The notes under the pieces were generated by a model. The model had not been told where the DNA came from. It searched no databases and saw only the letters and a program-made list of their open reading frames with translations. Of a DNA stretch of 64,000 nt, positions 37,086-48,497 are shown one piece after another (position 1 is the stretch's first letter; every line of letters begins with the position of its first letter). The position numbers were made by a program, and so were the translations under genes. This stretch comes from Ranitomeya imitator (taxonomy: Eukaryota): positions 586,520,001 through 586,584,000 of the forward strand of contig NC_091286.1 in NCBI RefSeq assembly GCF_032444005.1, read 5' to 3'.

Positions 37086-38829
37086 GTCTGGTGTGTCCCA
37101 ATGACAAAGTTTGCTGGAAACCAGATGCGGCCATCCAGGTCTGTGCATGCGAAGGGCATGCCAGATTCAAATTACTTCATTGGCCTGGAATCCGAGGGGT
37201 GGGGGCCCTGGACGGAGGTGTACCCCAGTATATATGGGGATGGTTGCAGGATAATGGCGGCATTTGGAGCAGTCTTCAGGATGGATATGCAAAAGTAGAC
37301 ACCACAGCAGCAACAATGCCAAAAGCGTCATCAACAGGGGTGCAGCAGTGGCACTCGGACAAGCAGCAGCAAGACCGGCCAGAGGAGGAAAGCCGGTCAT
37401 GAGTCCACCACCTCCAGGAGAGAACTTTCCTGTGAACTGATCCAACCTTCATCTCCAGTACCATAGATTGAATGACAGAATGGTGAGTGATCTACGTGAA
37501 AGTTCACCATGTTAAATAGGTCCCTTTTCTCTATGTATTTTTTACTAGGAAAGGCCCATAAAATGTAGCACCGAGCAAAATAATAAGGAATGTGCTCTGT
37601 GCAGCGAAGGTTTACCCAGTACATATACAAAGAGACCATGTCCCGATTGCATTCAAAACACCATCTCTGACCAGACCCTCAGTTTTGCTATGGACCTAAA
37701 GTCCATAATTAAATCAGAAATTAAAGACTCACTAAAACAACTAATGAAGCAGGAAATGGGGAAAAAGAGGCCAAAACAGCAGTCATCTGATTTGGATGGT
37801 TTAGTAGTATTGGAGTATAGGGATGATTCAGACTTGTCTTCTGGCTCCTCATCCTCTATTATTGAAACAGGTGGTAGGCCATGTTTTCTAGTGGAAGTTA
37901 GTGAAAGCAATCAGGACAACTATGAGAATTGCAGATTCTAAAACCCCTAGAACAGCCCAGGACATCATTTACGGGGGTTTAAAGCAGAAGAAAAGGCGTT
38001 CATTCTCAGTCAATGAGGAGATTAAAATGCCCATTGACAAAGAATGGAAAATACCTGAGAAAAAGGGTCTGCTACCATCTTCAAAGATAAGGTATCCATT
38101 TGACTAGGAGGAAGCAGGCATATGGGAGAAGACCTCTAAAATTGATGTAACAGTGGAAAATTCCCCTAAAAAGTCTACATTGCCTTTTGTTGATCTTGGC
38201 ACTTTTAGGGACCCCCTGGATAAAAAAGCGGAGATTTATTTAAAAGAAGCATGGGAATCATTGGCAGTGGTATTAAAGCCAGTAATAGCAGCAACCTGCA
38301 TGGCCAAATCTATGATAGTTTGTTTACAACAACTTGAGGATCAAATCAGTAACAACACCCCTAGAGATAAGATCGTGGCAATTTTTGCACTAATGCAGGA
38401 GCTGCTGCCTTTCTCGCTGACGCTTCGGCAGGTTGAGTTAGCTTGGCATCCATGTCAGTAAATTTATCAAACGCTGCCCATAGAACATTGTGGCTCAAGA
38501 GCTGATCAGGGAATACCCAATCTAAGGCCAAATTATGCTCAGTCCCATGCGAAGGAAAATATCTCTTTGGTCAAGCACTTGATGATATTTTAGACAAGGT
38601 GGCAGACAGGGGGAAGGGATTTGCCAGTGTGTTCATTCCACAGTATAAAAATTCCTTTCACAAGAGGAGATATAACGGAAACAAGCCCCTCAGAGAACAG
38701 GGAAAGTGGAAGGATAGGAAGTCAAGAAGCGGAGGCTTCATGTTCGGGGCCCTTTCTCTGAGGCAAGAAAGCCCTCTAAATGACGGGCTTCCCTAAGTAG
38801 GAGGAAGGCTGTCCCACTTCCGGCCTTCC

Positions 38830-39453
38830 TTGGAGAAAATATCCAACACCTGGATTCTGAGAATAATACAGTCAGGGCTGGGACTAGAATTCAGGTCTAC
38901 TCCTGGGCACATCTTCAGGACATCATCTCCCAGAACTCCTGGGGAACAATTAGCCCTGGAGGTGGAAGTACTAAGCTTACTACAGAAACAGGTTCTGGTG
39001 GAGGTGCCGTTTCAGCAGCAGGAGAATGGATTCCATTCTTCCCTATTCCTGATAAGAAAACCCAACTGTACTTTCATCATTATAGTCAGCTTGAAGGGAC
39101 TAAACAAGTTTCTGGGCTATAGGCCCTTTAAGATGGAGTCCATAAGATCGACCATAAAAATACAATTCCTGGGCTGTTATAAGAGTGTCCTGGACTTAAA
39201 GGATGCTTTCTACCACATCCCAATCCATGTGAGAGACCAGCAGTACCTGAGAGTAGCCTTGTATGCAAACAAGCAAGTTAGGTACTTTCAGTACAGTGCC
39301 CTACCCTTCAGTTGTCTATCCATGGCTCCAAAGATAATTGAGAAGATTATTCTAGAAGTAACAGAACATCTCCGAGCACTAAATGTTTTGATAGTCCCGT
39401 ATCTGGATGATTTGTTGGTAATCGGCCAATCAATAGAAGACTGCAATCAATAA
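38830..39453 (+). pseudogene. DIRS reverse transcriptase fragment
   Basis: LDLKDAFYHIPIH, LPF, YLDDLL motifs; flanked by stops and frameshifts. Confidence 0.85.
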
Positions 39454-40268
39454 CTGATGCAAGTCAGAGCTCCCATGACCCAGCCAGGATGGATATTAAA
39501 TCTGAGAAATCAAAACTAGAAACCCTAAGAATTCAGTCATTCAGTCACTCAACAGCTATTTAGAAGGGAAGATTACACTTTCCTGGGTATCTATCGATTC
39601 CGTGGCTTGGTCGCTGGAGTCGAAGAATCTGTCACAGGGAATACCATGGTAATATCAGATCAGGGTTGTGATTGTGCCAGCTGCAAGTGTGGAAGGATGG
39701 GGAGTACATCTCAGAGATTATGTAGTCTAGGGAGTCTGGTCGGAAAAGGAGTAAGACTATTCATCAAACATGAAAGCGCTACTGGCAGTAAAGAATGCAG
39801 TAGTGAGTTATGTCAGACACTCAGATGACGGTTGCTTACCACACCCATCAGGGAGGTGCAAGATCTCGCCCTCTGATGTTGGTGACAGAGAAAATCCTTC
39901 GGTTTGCGGAACAGCATCAATTAGTACTGACCGCGCTACACATAAGAGTGAAGGAAAACAAGAAAGCAGACTTCTTCGGTAGAAATACATAAAAGGGCGT
40001 GGCCTGAGAGTCCATGTGAGCGGACGTGCGGCTGTGAGCTCCCGCCGCTGTATATCTTAAAATCCTGCAGAGCCGCTGCTGTTTGTTCCCTGAGGGGGCT
40101 TACCGGCTGCGGGGAGACTTGTGGAGCCTGGTGGCGCTGAGCGGTAGCGCTGAAACCGGCGAACATGACAAGGAGACGGCAGAAGGACGCAGGAGCCGGG
40201 GATGCAGGCGCAATCCAAGATGGCGCCGACACAAGGGAGAAAAGGAGAACGCCGCATGCAGAAAGCGT

Positions 40269-41201
40269 ATGGAGGTGGCGGCAAAGCTCCAGCAGTTTGC
40301 GAGAGCGGAGGCCGCAGAGGAGGGAGCCGGAGCTGATACCGAAGAGGAGGAGGAGGAGAGCCCAGCAGGAGAACATGAGGTACAAAAGGGGAGAAAGGAG
40401 AGTAAAATGGCGGTAGCAGAAGGGGGACCCGAGGAAATGGCGCCAGAAGCTGAGCCTACCTTAAGAGACGTTTTTGCGCTGGTTTCTTCATGTAAACAGT
40501 CTCTGACCTTACAGATACAGGAGGTTAAGGGAGACACAGCCCAGATAAACGCAGCCATGCAGAAGATTGACAAACGTGTGGGGGAGGTAGAGGAGAGAGT
40601 GAGCACTGCAGAAGACCATATAGTGCAGCTGCAAAAAGCAGAGAAAAAGTTCACTCAAGCAATAGCTGAATTGGCGGCGAAAAATGAGGACCTTGAGAAC
40701 AGGTCCAGAAGAAACAATATTCGCATAGTGGGCATCCCTGAAAAAGCTGAAGGGAGGAATCCAACGGAATATATTGAAAACTGGCTGTTAGAGACTTTTG
40801 GAGATATGGCGCTAACAAAAGTGTTCGCGGTAGAGAGAGCGCATAGGGTCCCACCGAAACCACCTGTCCCTGGAGCGAATCCCCGTACCATGCTCGCCAA
40901 AATTCTAAATTATAGAGACAGAGACATTATCCTGAGGAAGGCCAGAGACATGACGGATCTGACAGTTGAAGGCCAAAAGATTGCTATCTACCCAGACTAT
41001 TCTACTTTGGTGCAGAGACAACGGATGATGTTCACGGGTATAAAGAGACGGCTGAGGGAGCTGGGAGTGCAATACTCTATGATGTTTCCAGCAAGACTGA
41101 GGGTGGTGGCGTTTGATAAAATTCACTTTTTTCAGAAGCCGGAGGAAGCTACCCAGTGGATCGATATCAATGCTAAAAAGCTTAAAGGAAAAGGAGACTG
41201 A
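40269..41201 (+). CDS. L1 ORF1p (coiled coil, RRM, CTD); start codon uncertain
   Basis: LENRSRRNNIRIVGIPE and IYPDYS...YSMMFPARLRV motifs; first in-frame ATG at 40269; an out-of-frame ATG at 40165 could be the true start if a frameshift has occurred. Confidence 0.88.
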   Translation: MEVAAKLQQFARAEAAEEGAGADTEEEEEESPAGEHEVQKGRKESKMAVAEGGPEEMAPEAEPTLRDVFALVSSCKQSLTLQIQEVKGDTAQINAAMQKIDKRVGEVEERVSTAEDHIVQLQKAEKKFTQAIAELAAKNEDLENRSRRNNIRIVGIPEKAEGRNPTEYIENWLLETFGDMALTKVFAVERAHRVPPKPPVPGANPRTMLAKILNYRDRDIILRKARDMTDLTVEGQKIAIYPDYSTLVQRQRMMFTGIKRRLRELGVQYSMMFPARLRVVAFDKIHFFQKPEEATQWIDINAKKLKGKGD

Positions 41202-41273
41202 AACTGTGGGAAGAGTCTGATTAGTGGGAAGTTAGACAGCTCGTGCTCAAAAAAGATGATACTTTGAGTGAAG

Positions 41274-44200
41274 ATGAGCCAAGTGATGGGGACCCGTTTT
41301 AAGATTTTGTGCTGGAATGTGAGAGGCCTAGGGAAGAAATCCAGACGTGCCGCGTGTTTGCAACATGTAAGAGACCAACGGGCCTCAATGATTTGCTTGC
41401 TGGAGACGCATTTGGTAAGGGAAAAGGTGGATGTTCTGAATAGACGGTGGATCCAGAAGGGATATCATTCTACCTTCTCCACGTATGCAAGAGGAGTCTC
41501 AATCTTGGTTCCAGCGGGAGTTCAGTATGAGGAGGTGAAGGTATATGTGGATGTGGATGGGCAGTACGTACTAATACAGTGTATATTGTATGGAGTGATG
41601 TTGTGTGTTGCCGCGATGTATATTCCGCCCCCCTACTCTAGCAGGAAAATTAGAGAAGTAATGGAGCGAGTGGAAAGATGGGGACCGACACCGTTAATAA
41701 TTATCGGGGATCTAAACAACATCTGTGATGAATATTGGGACAAAAATAAAAATACTCAGAATAGGTCGGAGGGACACATAACAACATTTGGCACCTATAT
41801 ACAGGAGATAGGTATGATTGATCTTTGGAGGGTCAGACATATTGGAGAGAGAGGGTACTCATGTTATTCACCAGCGCATGCCACGCTCTCTAGGATTGAT
41901 ATGGCTCTGGGTAACAGGATTTTGGACACGTTGGTTGGGGCGGTGAGATATCTGCCAAGGGCCCTGTCAGACCATAGTCCAATTGAAGTAGAGGTTAGAT
42001 TGGAGGGGGCACGTTCGACAAGTGGGAGAGAATGGAAGATTCATCCCAATTGGTTACAGAGTATTGAGTTGGAAAGTATAGGACGGGAGGTGGCGGAATT
42101 CTCTCTCTTAAATGATGGAAGCACTGATGCTCTTACAATCTGGGATGCAATGAAGGCGTATCTGAGGGGACTACTGTTTAGGGACATTAGTAGGTGTAAG
42201 CGGAGGACGAGGGAGGCAGAAAAAGCGGCAATTGAGGAGTTGAAGGAAGCAGAAGACGGGATGGCCACACTGGGAACTCCTGAGGCAGAGAGAAGGATGA
42301 AAAATGCACAAAATCATTTGGAAAAAATTCTGTTAGGCAAAGCTGAGAGGAAACGGGATTTCCAAAGGGTATTGTTTTATCAGGAGGGAGAAACAGTGGG
42401 ACATATGCTGTCGGTAGTGGCTGCTGCTCAGAGAGGGTCTTCATATATACACTCTTTGGAATCTGCAAGTGGAGGTAGAATGAAGGAAACGCCTGAAATC
42501 TTGAGGGCCTTCGCGGACTTCTATGCAGATTTGTATTCCTCTCGGGTTGGTGAATTGGTCGAGGACACATTGACTTTCTTGGAGGGTCTGGATCTGCCGA
42601 GACTGAATGAGGCAGATAGGGAGAGCCTTGAGGCCCCTATCACTGAGGAGGAATTGAGTCGGGCATTGATGTCTATGACTAATGGGAAGGCGCCTGGGAT
42701 TGATGGGCTACCAGCTGAGATCTATAAAGGTTTGGCAGAAGTGTTGATTCCTAGATTAAAAATGGTACTGGAGGAAGCTAGGTCCTGTGGGTGCTTGCCA
42801 GCCTCTATGAGAGAGGCCATAATAGTGGTTATTCCAAAGGAGGATAAGGACTTGGGGAAACCGGAGTCTTACTGCCCAATTTCTTTACTAATTATTGATG
42901 TCAAGCATCTGGCCAAAGTGTTGGCTCTCCGCCTCTCTAGTGTTATTGCGAGTCTGGTGCACTCGGACCAATCTGGCTTTATGCCTGATAGATCAACGGC
43001 GATCAATTTGCGGAGATTATATGTAAATTTGCAGGTAGAGTCTGATAACTGTGGTCGAAGAGTGATTGCATCGCTAGATGCGCATAAGGCGTTTGACAGT
43101 GTTGAATGGGGATACCTCTGGCAGGTGCTGGAACGTATGGGGTTTGGTCCGCAGTTTGTGGCCTGGATACAGCTGTTGTATTCATTACCGTCGGCTAGAA
43201 TTAGAGTAAACGGGGAGCTGTCTCGACCTATAGAGCTGGCTAGGGGCACTAGGCAGGGATGCCCGCTCTCACCCCTCCTGTTCGCGTTGGCTGTAGAACC
43301 TCTTGCTGCTAAGATTCGGCAGTCTGATAGGGTCCCTGGGTTTAGGTATGGGAAAGTAGAGGAAAAAATAGCGTTATACGCGGATGATGTTTTGCTGTTC
43401 CTGGCGGATCCAGACGATTCACTAAGAGGGGCCATTGAAATTGTTGAGAGATTTGGTACTGTGTCGGGACTAACAATTAATTGGGATAAGTCGGTTCTTT
43501 TTAGGGTGGATGACGTTGGAGAGAATGTGAGTGAGGATGTTGGGGATGAGAGGCTAAAGGTGGTTTCCCAATTTAAATACCTTGGAATATGGATTTCGGT
43601 GCCAATTGAGGAGTTCCTGCAAAGGAATTTGACTCCTGTTATGGGGGTACTCAAGGCGAAGGTAGATGCCTGGAATAAACTACATCTATCGGTCGTCGGT
43701 AGGGTAAACCTTATTAAAATGGTCCTGATGCCAAAAATTCTATATGTTCTACGTAACGCACCAATTTGGATCCCTCGGGGGAAGTTCAGGCAGATTAATG
43801 CCCTCTTTAGAAGTTTGATATGGGGAAGACAATATCCACGTATTAGCCTGGAGACGCTTCAGCGACCCAAGGAAGATGGTGGATTGGCTTTGCCCAACCC
43901 GGAAATATACTTCCTTGCGGCCCAGAGCCAGCATTTGAAGGGCTGGGCGCGAGGGGCGTCATCCAGTGCAGTACAACATCTAATGGAAGAGGTGACGGAC
44001 CGACGACCGGTGGTCAGGTGTTTGGAGGATGGCTCCTTGGGCGCTTTGGGGAGAGTATACCCAACCCTGTTCCTGATTCGCAAATTATGGAATAGACTAA
44101 GGCAGATTCGCGGGGTTACAGGGTTGACTAGATTCACACCGATATGGTCTAACAACAATTTAAAGGAATTTGAGGCCTTGGGGGGACTGATGGAATGGCA

Positions 44201-45038
44201 GAATAAGGGAATTTGCTTTGTTCACCAGATAATCCAGCAGCAGGCATTGAAGTCCTTTTCCCAATTGCAGGTAGAATTTGGTCTGCGATCCACAGGGGAA
44301 TATCAGTATGCGCAGATGAGACATGCCTTTAGAGCTCAGAATAAAAAGGTTGATATCAGTGTTCAAGATGATATAGTGTTGGAGTATGTGTGTGGTGACG
44401 GGACTACAAGGGGAGTTATTTCCACTCTGTATAAGGACCTTATGCACACGTTTTTGCTAGATTTCCCTATAAAGGCGAGAGCTAAGTGGGAGAGGGACGT
44501 GGGGTCGATGGAGAATGAAACCTGGGAATTGGTGATGGAGTGGGTTCCGCGACTATCCTTGAGTGAACCATATAGACTCTCGCAGCTATATATTCTGCAT
44601 AGAGTATATAAATCTCCGGAAGTGCTATACAAAGCGGAATTGCGTGCCAATTCTGAGTGCCCGAGGTGTGCGAGTGAGAATGCAGGAATATATCACATGA
44701 TGTGGACGTGTCCTAGGCTGGCTGCTTTTTGGGTGGTGGTTTTGAGCCAGGTTGAAGTAGCGTATAAGTGTAGAGTTCTTAGAGACCCGATAGTATGCGT
44801 GCTGGGATATGTGGAAGAAATTGGAGTTGACAATACTTGGAAGATTGCAATCGCTAGGCTACTATACATGGCCAGGAAAGTAATAGCACGAAATTGGATA
44901 AATGCGGAACCACCTGCGAGAAGGGAATTTCTCCAATATGTTCAACATGGTCTAAAATTGGAAAAGGGGGTGTACAAAAAAAGGGGGAAAATAGAAATGT
45001 TTAATAAGATGTGGTCTCCTTGGCTTGAATTGGATTGA
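41274..45038 (+). CDS. Intact L1 ORF2p (APE endonuclease, RT, C-terminal Cys-rich motif), ~1,254 aa
   Basis: WNVRGL, GDLN, SDH; KAPGIDG, LDAHKAFD, GTRQGCPLSPLLF, YADD; CPRC...HMMWTC; no stops. Confidence 0.97.
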   Translation: MSQVMGTRFKILCWNVRGLGKKSRRAACLQHVRDQRASMICLLETHLVREKVDVLNRRWIQKGYHSTFSTYARGVSILVPAGVQYEEVKVYVDVDGQYVLIQCILYGVMLCVAAMYIPPPYSSRKIREVMERVERWGPTPLIIIGDLNNICDEYWDKNKNTQNRSEGHITTFGTYIQEIGMIDLWRVRHIGERGYSCYSPAHATLSRIDMALGNRILDTLVGAVRYLPRALSDHSPIEVEVRLEGARSTSGREWKIHPNWLQSIELESIGREVAEFSLLNDGSTDALTIWDAMKAYLRGLLFRDISRCKRRTREAEKAAIEELKEAEDGMATLGTPEAERRMKNAQNHLEKILLGKAERKRDFQRVLFYQEGETVGHMLSVVAAAQRGSSYIHSLESASGGRMKETPEILRAFADFYADLYSSRVGELVEDTLTFLEGLDLPRLNEADRESLEAPITEEELSRALMSMTNGKAPGIDGLPAEIYKGLAEVLIPRLKMVLEEARSCGCLPASMREAIIVVIPKEDKDLGKPESYCPISLLIIDVKHLAKVLALRLSSVIASLVHSDQSGFMPDRSTAINLRRLYVNLQVESDNCGRRVIASLDAHKAFDSVEWGYLWQVLERMGFGPQFVAWIQLLYSLPSARIRVNGELSRPIELARGTRQGCPLSPLLFALAVEPLAAKIRQSDRVPGFRYGKVEEKIALYADDVLLFLADPDDSLRGAIEIVERFGTVSGLTINWDKSVLFRVDDVGENVSEDVGDERLKVVSQFKYLGIWISVPIEEFLQRNLTPVMGVLKAKVDAWNKLHLSVVGRVNLIKMVLMPKILYVLRNAPIWIPRGKFRQINALFRSLIWGRQYPRISLETLQRPKEDGGLALPNPEIYFLAAQSQHLKGWARGASSSAVQHLMEEVTDRRPVVRCLEDGSLGALGRVYPTLFLIRKLWNRLRQIRGVTGLTRFTPIWSNNNLKEFEALGGLMEWQNKGICFVHQIIQQQALKSFSQLQVEFGLRSTGEYQYAQMRHAFRAQNKKVDISVQDDIVLEYVCGDGTTRGVISTLYKDLMHTFLLDFPIKARAKWERDVGSMENETWELVMEWVPRLSLSEPYRLSQLYILHRVYKSPEVLYKAELRANSECPRCASENAGIYHMMWTCPRLAAFWVVVLSQVEVAYKCRVLRDPIVCVLGYVEEIGVDNTWKIAIARLLYMARKVIARNWINAEPPARREFLQYVQHGLKLEKGVYKKRGKIEMFNKMWSPWLELD

Positions 45039-45749
45039 GGAGTATAGACGTCGAGTTCCTTAAGACCTGGATAAGGATAAATTGCACGAGGCAGAGAAGG
45101 CCTCAGTGGGGTGAAGATTGGGATTGAGCTGTCTTAGGGGGAGGGGGGTAGTTGGGGTAATGTTGGGGTTTATTAAATAAGAAAATGTGTATGTGATATA
45201 TTGCAATGTAAATGGCATTCTGACGTTCTTCTTTATATTGTTAATAAAAATCTATTTAAATCAAAAAAAGAAATACATTAAAACAGGGGGAATGGGAGCT
45301 GAATCCAGTAATATTCCAACAAATTGTGGAACGATGGGGGCAGCCAGAAATAGACCTGTTCGCAAATAGGCGAAACAAAAAAACAAAAAACTTGGGCTAT
45401 CTAAATCCGAGAGAAAGACCATATGCAGTGGATGCACTACACAATCCCTGGGACTTCAATCTAGTCTATGCCTTCCCCCGTTAATGTTGATTCTGGCAGT
45501 AGTAAGGAAGATTCAGGAAGAAATAGCAGACGTCATCCTAATTGCTCCATTTTGGCCCAAGAGGCCATGTACTCGTGGATGAGGATGATGTCCTTGTTGG
45601 ATCCTTAGATTCTCCCAGATATCCTGGATCTTCTCAGGCAGGGCCCAATTTGTCATCCTCACAGGGCAGGCCTGCATTTAACGAACTGGAGTTTTAGAGG
45701 TCACTATTAATCCAAAAGGGCTTCTCAGCCTTAGTCACTACCCTGCTGC

Positions 45750-46147
45750 AGAGCAGGAAGCCAATAACAACTAGAACATATGTTAGTACATGGGCAAAAT
45801 TCTTGTCTAGTTCAGGACAATCCTTTGATGGAAAAGTTCCGATAAAGGCCATATTAGAGTTTCTTTAAAAGGGTAAGGAGATAGGCCTGTCCACTAGCAA
45901 CCTTAAGGTGCAAGTATCTGCTCTAGGGGCCCTTTATAATTATAACCTAGCAGCAGATAGCTGGATAATTAGGTTTATTAAAGCATGTGATAAATTGAGA
46001 CTGAAAATGCCTCCTTGGCATCTAAACCTGGTCATGGAAGCATTAACAATATCTCCCTTTGAGCTCTTAGATGAGGTACCAGTCAAGATACTCACCCTAA
46101 AGATAGTAATATTAGTGGTCCTAACATCAGCTCACAGAGTCAGTTGA
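45750..46147 (+). pseudogene. DIRS tyrosine recombinase N-terminal fragment
   Basis: LKVQVSAL, PPWHLNLVMEAL..SPFE, LTLK...LTSAHRVS; the rest appears deleted. Confidence 0.75.
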
Positions 46148-46827
46148 TTGGTGATGGTTGTGTTAATAACTGTCAAGGTCCTATCATGCTCTGAAACCCA
46201 ACTGATGAGGAGGAGAGGTTACTGCCTTTTTATTCAGTAGGTTTCCTGTCCTTGATGGACGGATACCCTCTCTCAGTTGGTACTGTCATGGGCTCTGTAA
46301 AATCCTGTTACTGGTAAGTAACTAAGATTTGGGGCAGGGTGAGACAGGGGGTGCTAACACCTGCCTGAAAAATCAAAAGAGGTGTACACAACTGTTAATG
46401 AATTCAGCGCATTATAAGTGAAGTGCAACTCTTAATAAATTTTTCCTGCATTTTATTCCTGCATGCCCCTCAATAACAAAACACCAGTCTTAATGAATCA
46501 AGGCTTTGGTTTTTTTAATTAATTACATTTCCACCCTAACTTCACATGTGGCAGACATGCTCATCATAGCCAAAAAACTCCTAGTTCAAGAATTGCTTAA
46601 TTTTGAAGGTGCAAATTGCCTCTTTGGAGAGGATGAGAACTCTATAGCACTACCTGTTGTTATCACCAATCTTACAAGTCACTATCGACCCTTTAACAAG
46701 CCTTGCCATATGACTTAGGATGAAAGCCAAATCAGAATCTCAATTTGCAGCCACAGTGCTTAGGGGTATTGCCCCTTGTCAGTGCAAAGTATGAGCTCTT
46801 ATTTGGCTATATGAGAGGCTCTGGACT

Positions 46828-47144
46828 GAGGTCTAAGGGGTAACATTTCTCCTTGTGGAGAGTGACATATTGGCCCTGGCATGACAATGTAAGGAGACAT
46901 TGTCTCATTGTCTGGGAAATTTAATATGCAAATTGCCTCTTCAGAGAGGAAGAGGACTAGAACTCTATAGTGACTTGTAGGATTGCTCCTTCCAGCAGGT
47001 GGTGCTATAGAGTTCTACTTCCCTTCGTCTTTAAAGAGGCAATTTGAATATTAAATTTCCCAGATGAACAAATAAGCCTCCTACGTGGGCTTGCCAGCAA
47101 CGGTAAGTAACTCTCCTCAAGGAGAAACGTTACCTCTTAGACCT
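46828..47144. mobile_element. Palindromic MITE-like element
   Basis: Arms ggtctaaggggtaacatttctcc / ggagaaacgttacctcttagacc and inner arms around ~46985; TSD not resolved. Confidence 0.55.
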
Positions 47145-47253
47145 TAATTTTGAAGGGAAACCATTTTTTCACCCACCAACTGCACTGTTGTTAAAATGGG
47201 CAGCAAAGTTTTGTGGGTGAACAGTTGCTTCCCTGCATAATCAAGTTATCATA

Positions 47254-47967
47254 CAGTGGCATGTAAAAGTTTGGGCACCCATGGTCAAAATTATTGTTAC
47301 TGTGACACAAAAAGGAGAATGATCAGATACAAAAGTTTGGACTCCGTGCATGGTTAGTAACTAGTAGCACCCTCTTTTGCAAGTAGCTATCACTGAAATT
47401 TTGCTTGGTCTTCCAGACCTTATCTTGGCCTCCACTGTTCCTGTTAACTGTCATTTCTTAATTACATTTGGAACTGAGGAAAGGGCAACTTTAAAACACT
47501 TTTCTATCTTCTTATAGTCTTCTCCTGCTTTGTGGGCCTCCACCATTTTCATTTTCAGAGTGCTAGGCAGCTGCTTAGAAGAACCCATGGCTGCTGATTT
47601 TTTGGCACAAGGTTAGAGGAGCCAGGGTGTTGCAAAGCTGGGAAATTTGCATCACCTGGCCTTTCCTAACGCTGATAGTGAACAAGCCATAACCCTAAAA
47701 GGCTAATCAAGGTCTGAAACCATGGTTAAAGTTATCTGAGCACACAAATCCCCAAGGGAGACCAATGTTTTGCATCGGACCATTTTCCTTTTTGTAATTT
47801 TAAAAATATAAAAAAATGACAAAATATTTCCTTTGTATTTTAGGCAAAAATATATACAAGTATGTCTCATCTTTAACTTTAGTCCTTTCAGAGATAATTT
47901 CCTCTTCATCTTGCTTAACTGTTCACAATAACAGTAACTCTGACCAGGGTGCCTAAACATGACACTG
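47254..47967 (-). mobile_element. Non-autonomous Tc1 deletion derivative
   Basis: TA flanks; degenerate TIRs cagtggcatgtaaaagtttgggcaccc / gggtgcctaaacatgacactg; minus-strand MVEAHKAGEDYKKI remnant. Confidence 0.75.
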
Positions 47968-48497
47968 TACATCAAATAGTTCAAAAAGCCTGAGCCACTG
48001 TGGTTTTCAATCGCAAGCATTTTGCGTTTGTGTGAACATTGACTTTGGATAATTTCACACCCGTTCGTTGGTCCCGTCGAGGCTTACGTCTGAACCACCC
48101 TCAAAATGGGACTCGGCATAGACACCGACAGGCCCATAGACTATAATGGTGCCGACAGAGAACATGTGTTTTGTCGTGCATCATTTTCGGGCATGTTACG
48201 CCTATTGGAGGCGGACACTCAGATGTAGTAGATTGCGTCTGGGTGTCTGTCTCCAGTAGGAGTACACACACGAAAATAATGAATGACATAGCACACGTTC
48301 GCTCTGCCGACACCATTATAGTCTACGGCGCCGCCTCCTCATAGGCCCGAATCCCGATTTGCGCAGCTTGGATGTAAGCCCTGACAGGTCTAATGAATGG
48401 TGCCTGAATTCAATGTGTAAACACCCTTACTTATTTTTCTCTTCAATGGAAAGCCTAGATTTTCTACTGTTTTTATTTGTAGACGATCTCTCAGGAG

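Larger units (their letters stand above)
39995..45268 (+). mobile_element. Full-length L1-clade LINE
   Basis: G-rich 5' end; ORF1 and ORF2; AATAAA at 45243; short A tail; TSD agaaatacat (39981-39990 / 45269-45278, extendable with one indel). Confidence 0.96.
35361..46320 (+). mobile_element. Decayed DIRS1-type tyrosine-recombinase retrotransposon hosting CR1 and L1 insertions
   Basis: ~90-bp inverted termini (ccatgacagaaccacctgagagagg... / ...cctctctcagttggtactgtcatgg); broken gag-like, RT, RNase H, methyltransferase (DLFA, YAFP) and YR segments in DIRS order. Confidence 0.88.

Noticed and set aside
42041-44650. Antisense ORFs (e.g. 261 aa at 42869-43654) within L1; similar ones within Tc1 and CR1
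   Set aside because: Shadow frames of real coding sequence, with no independent motifs.
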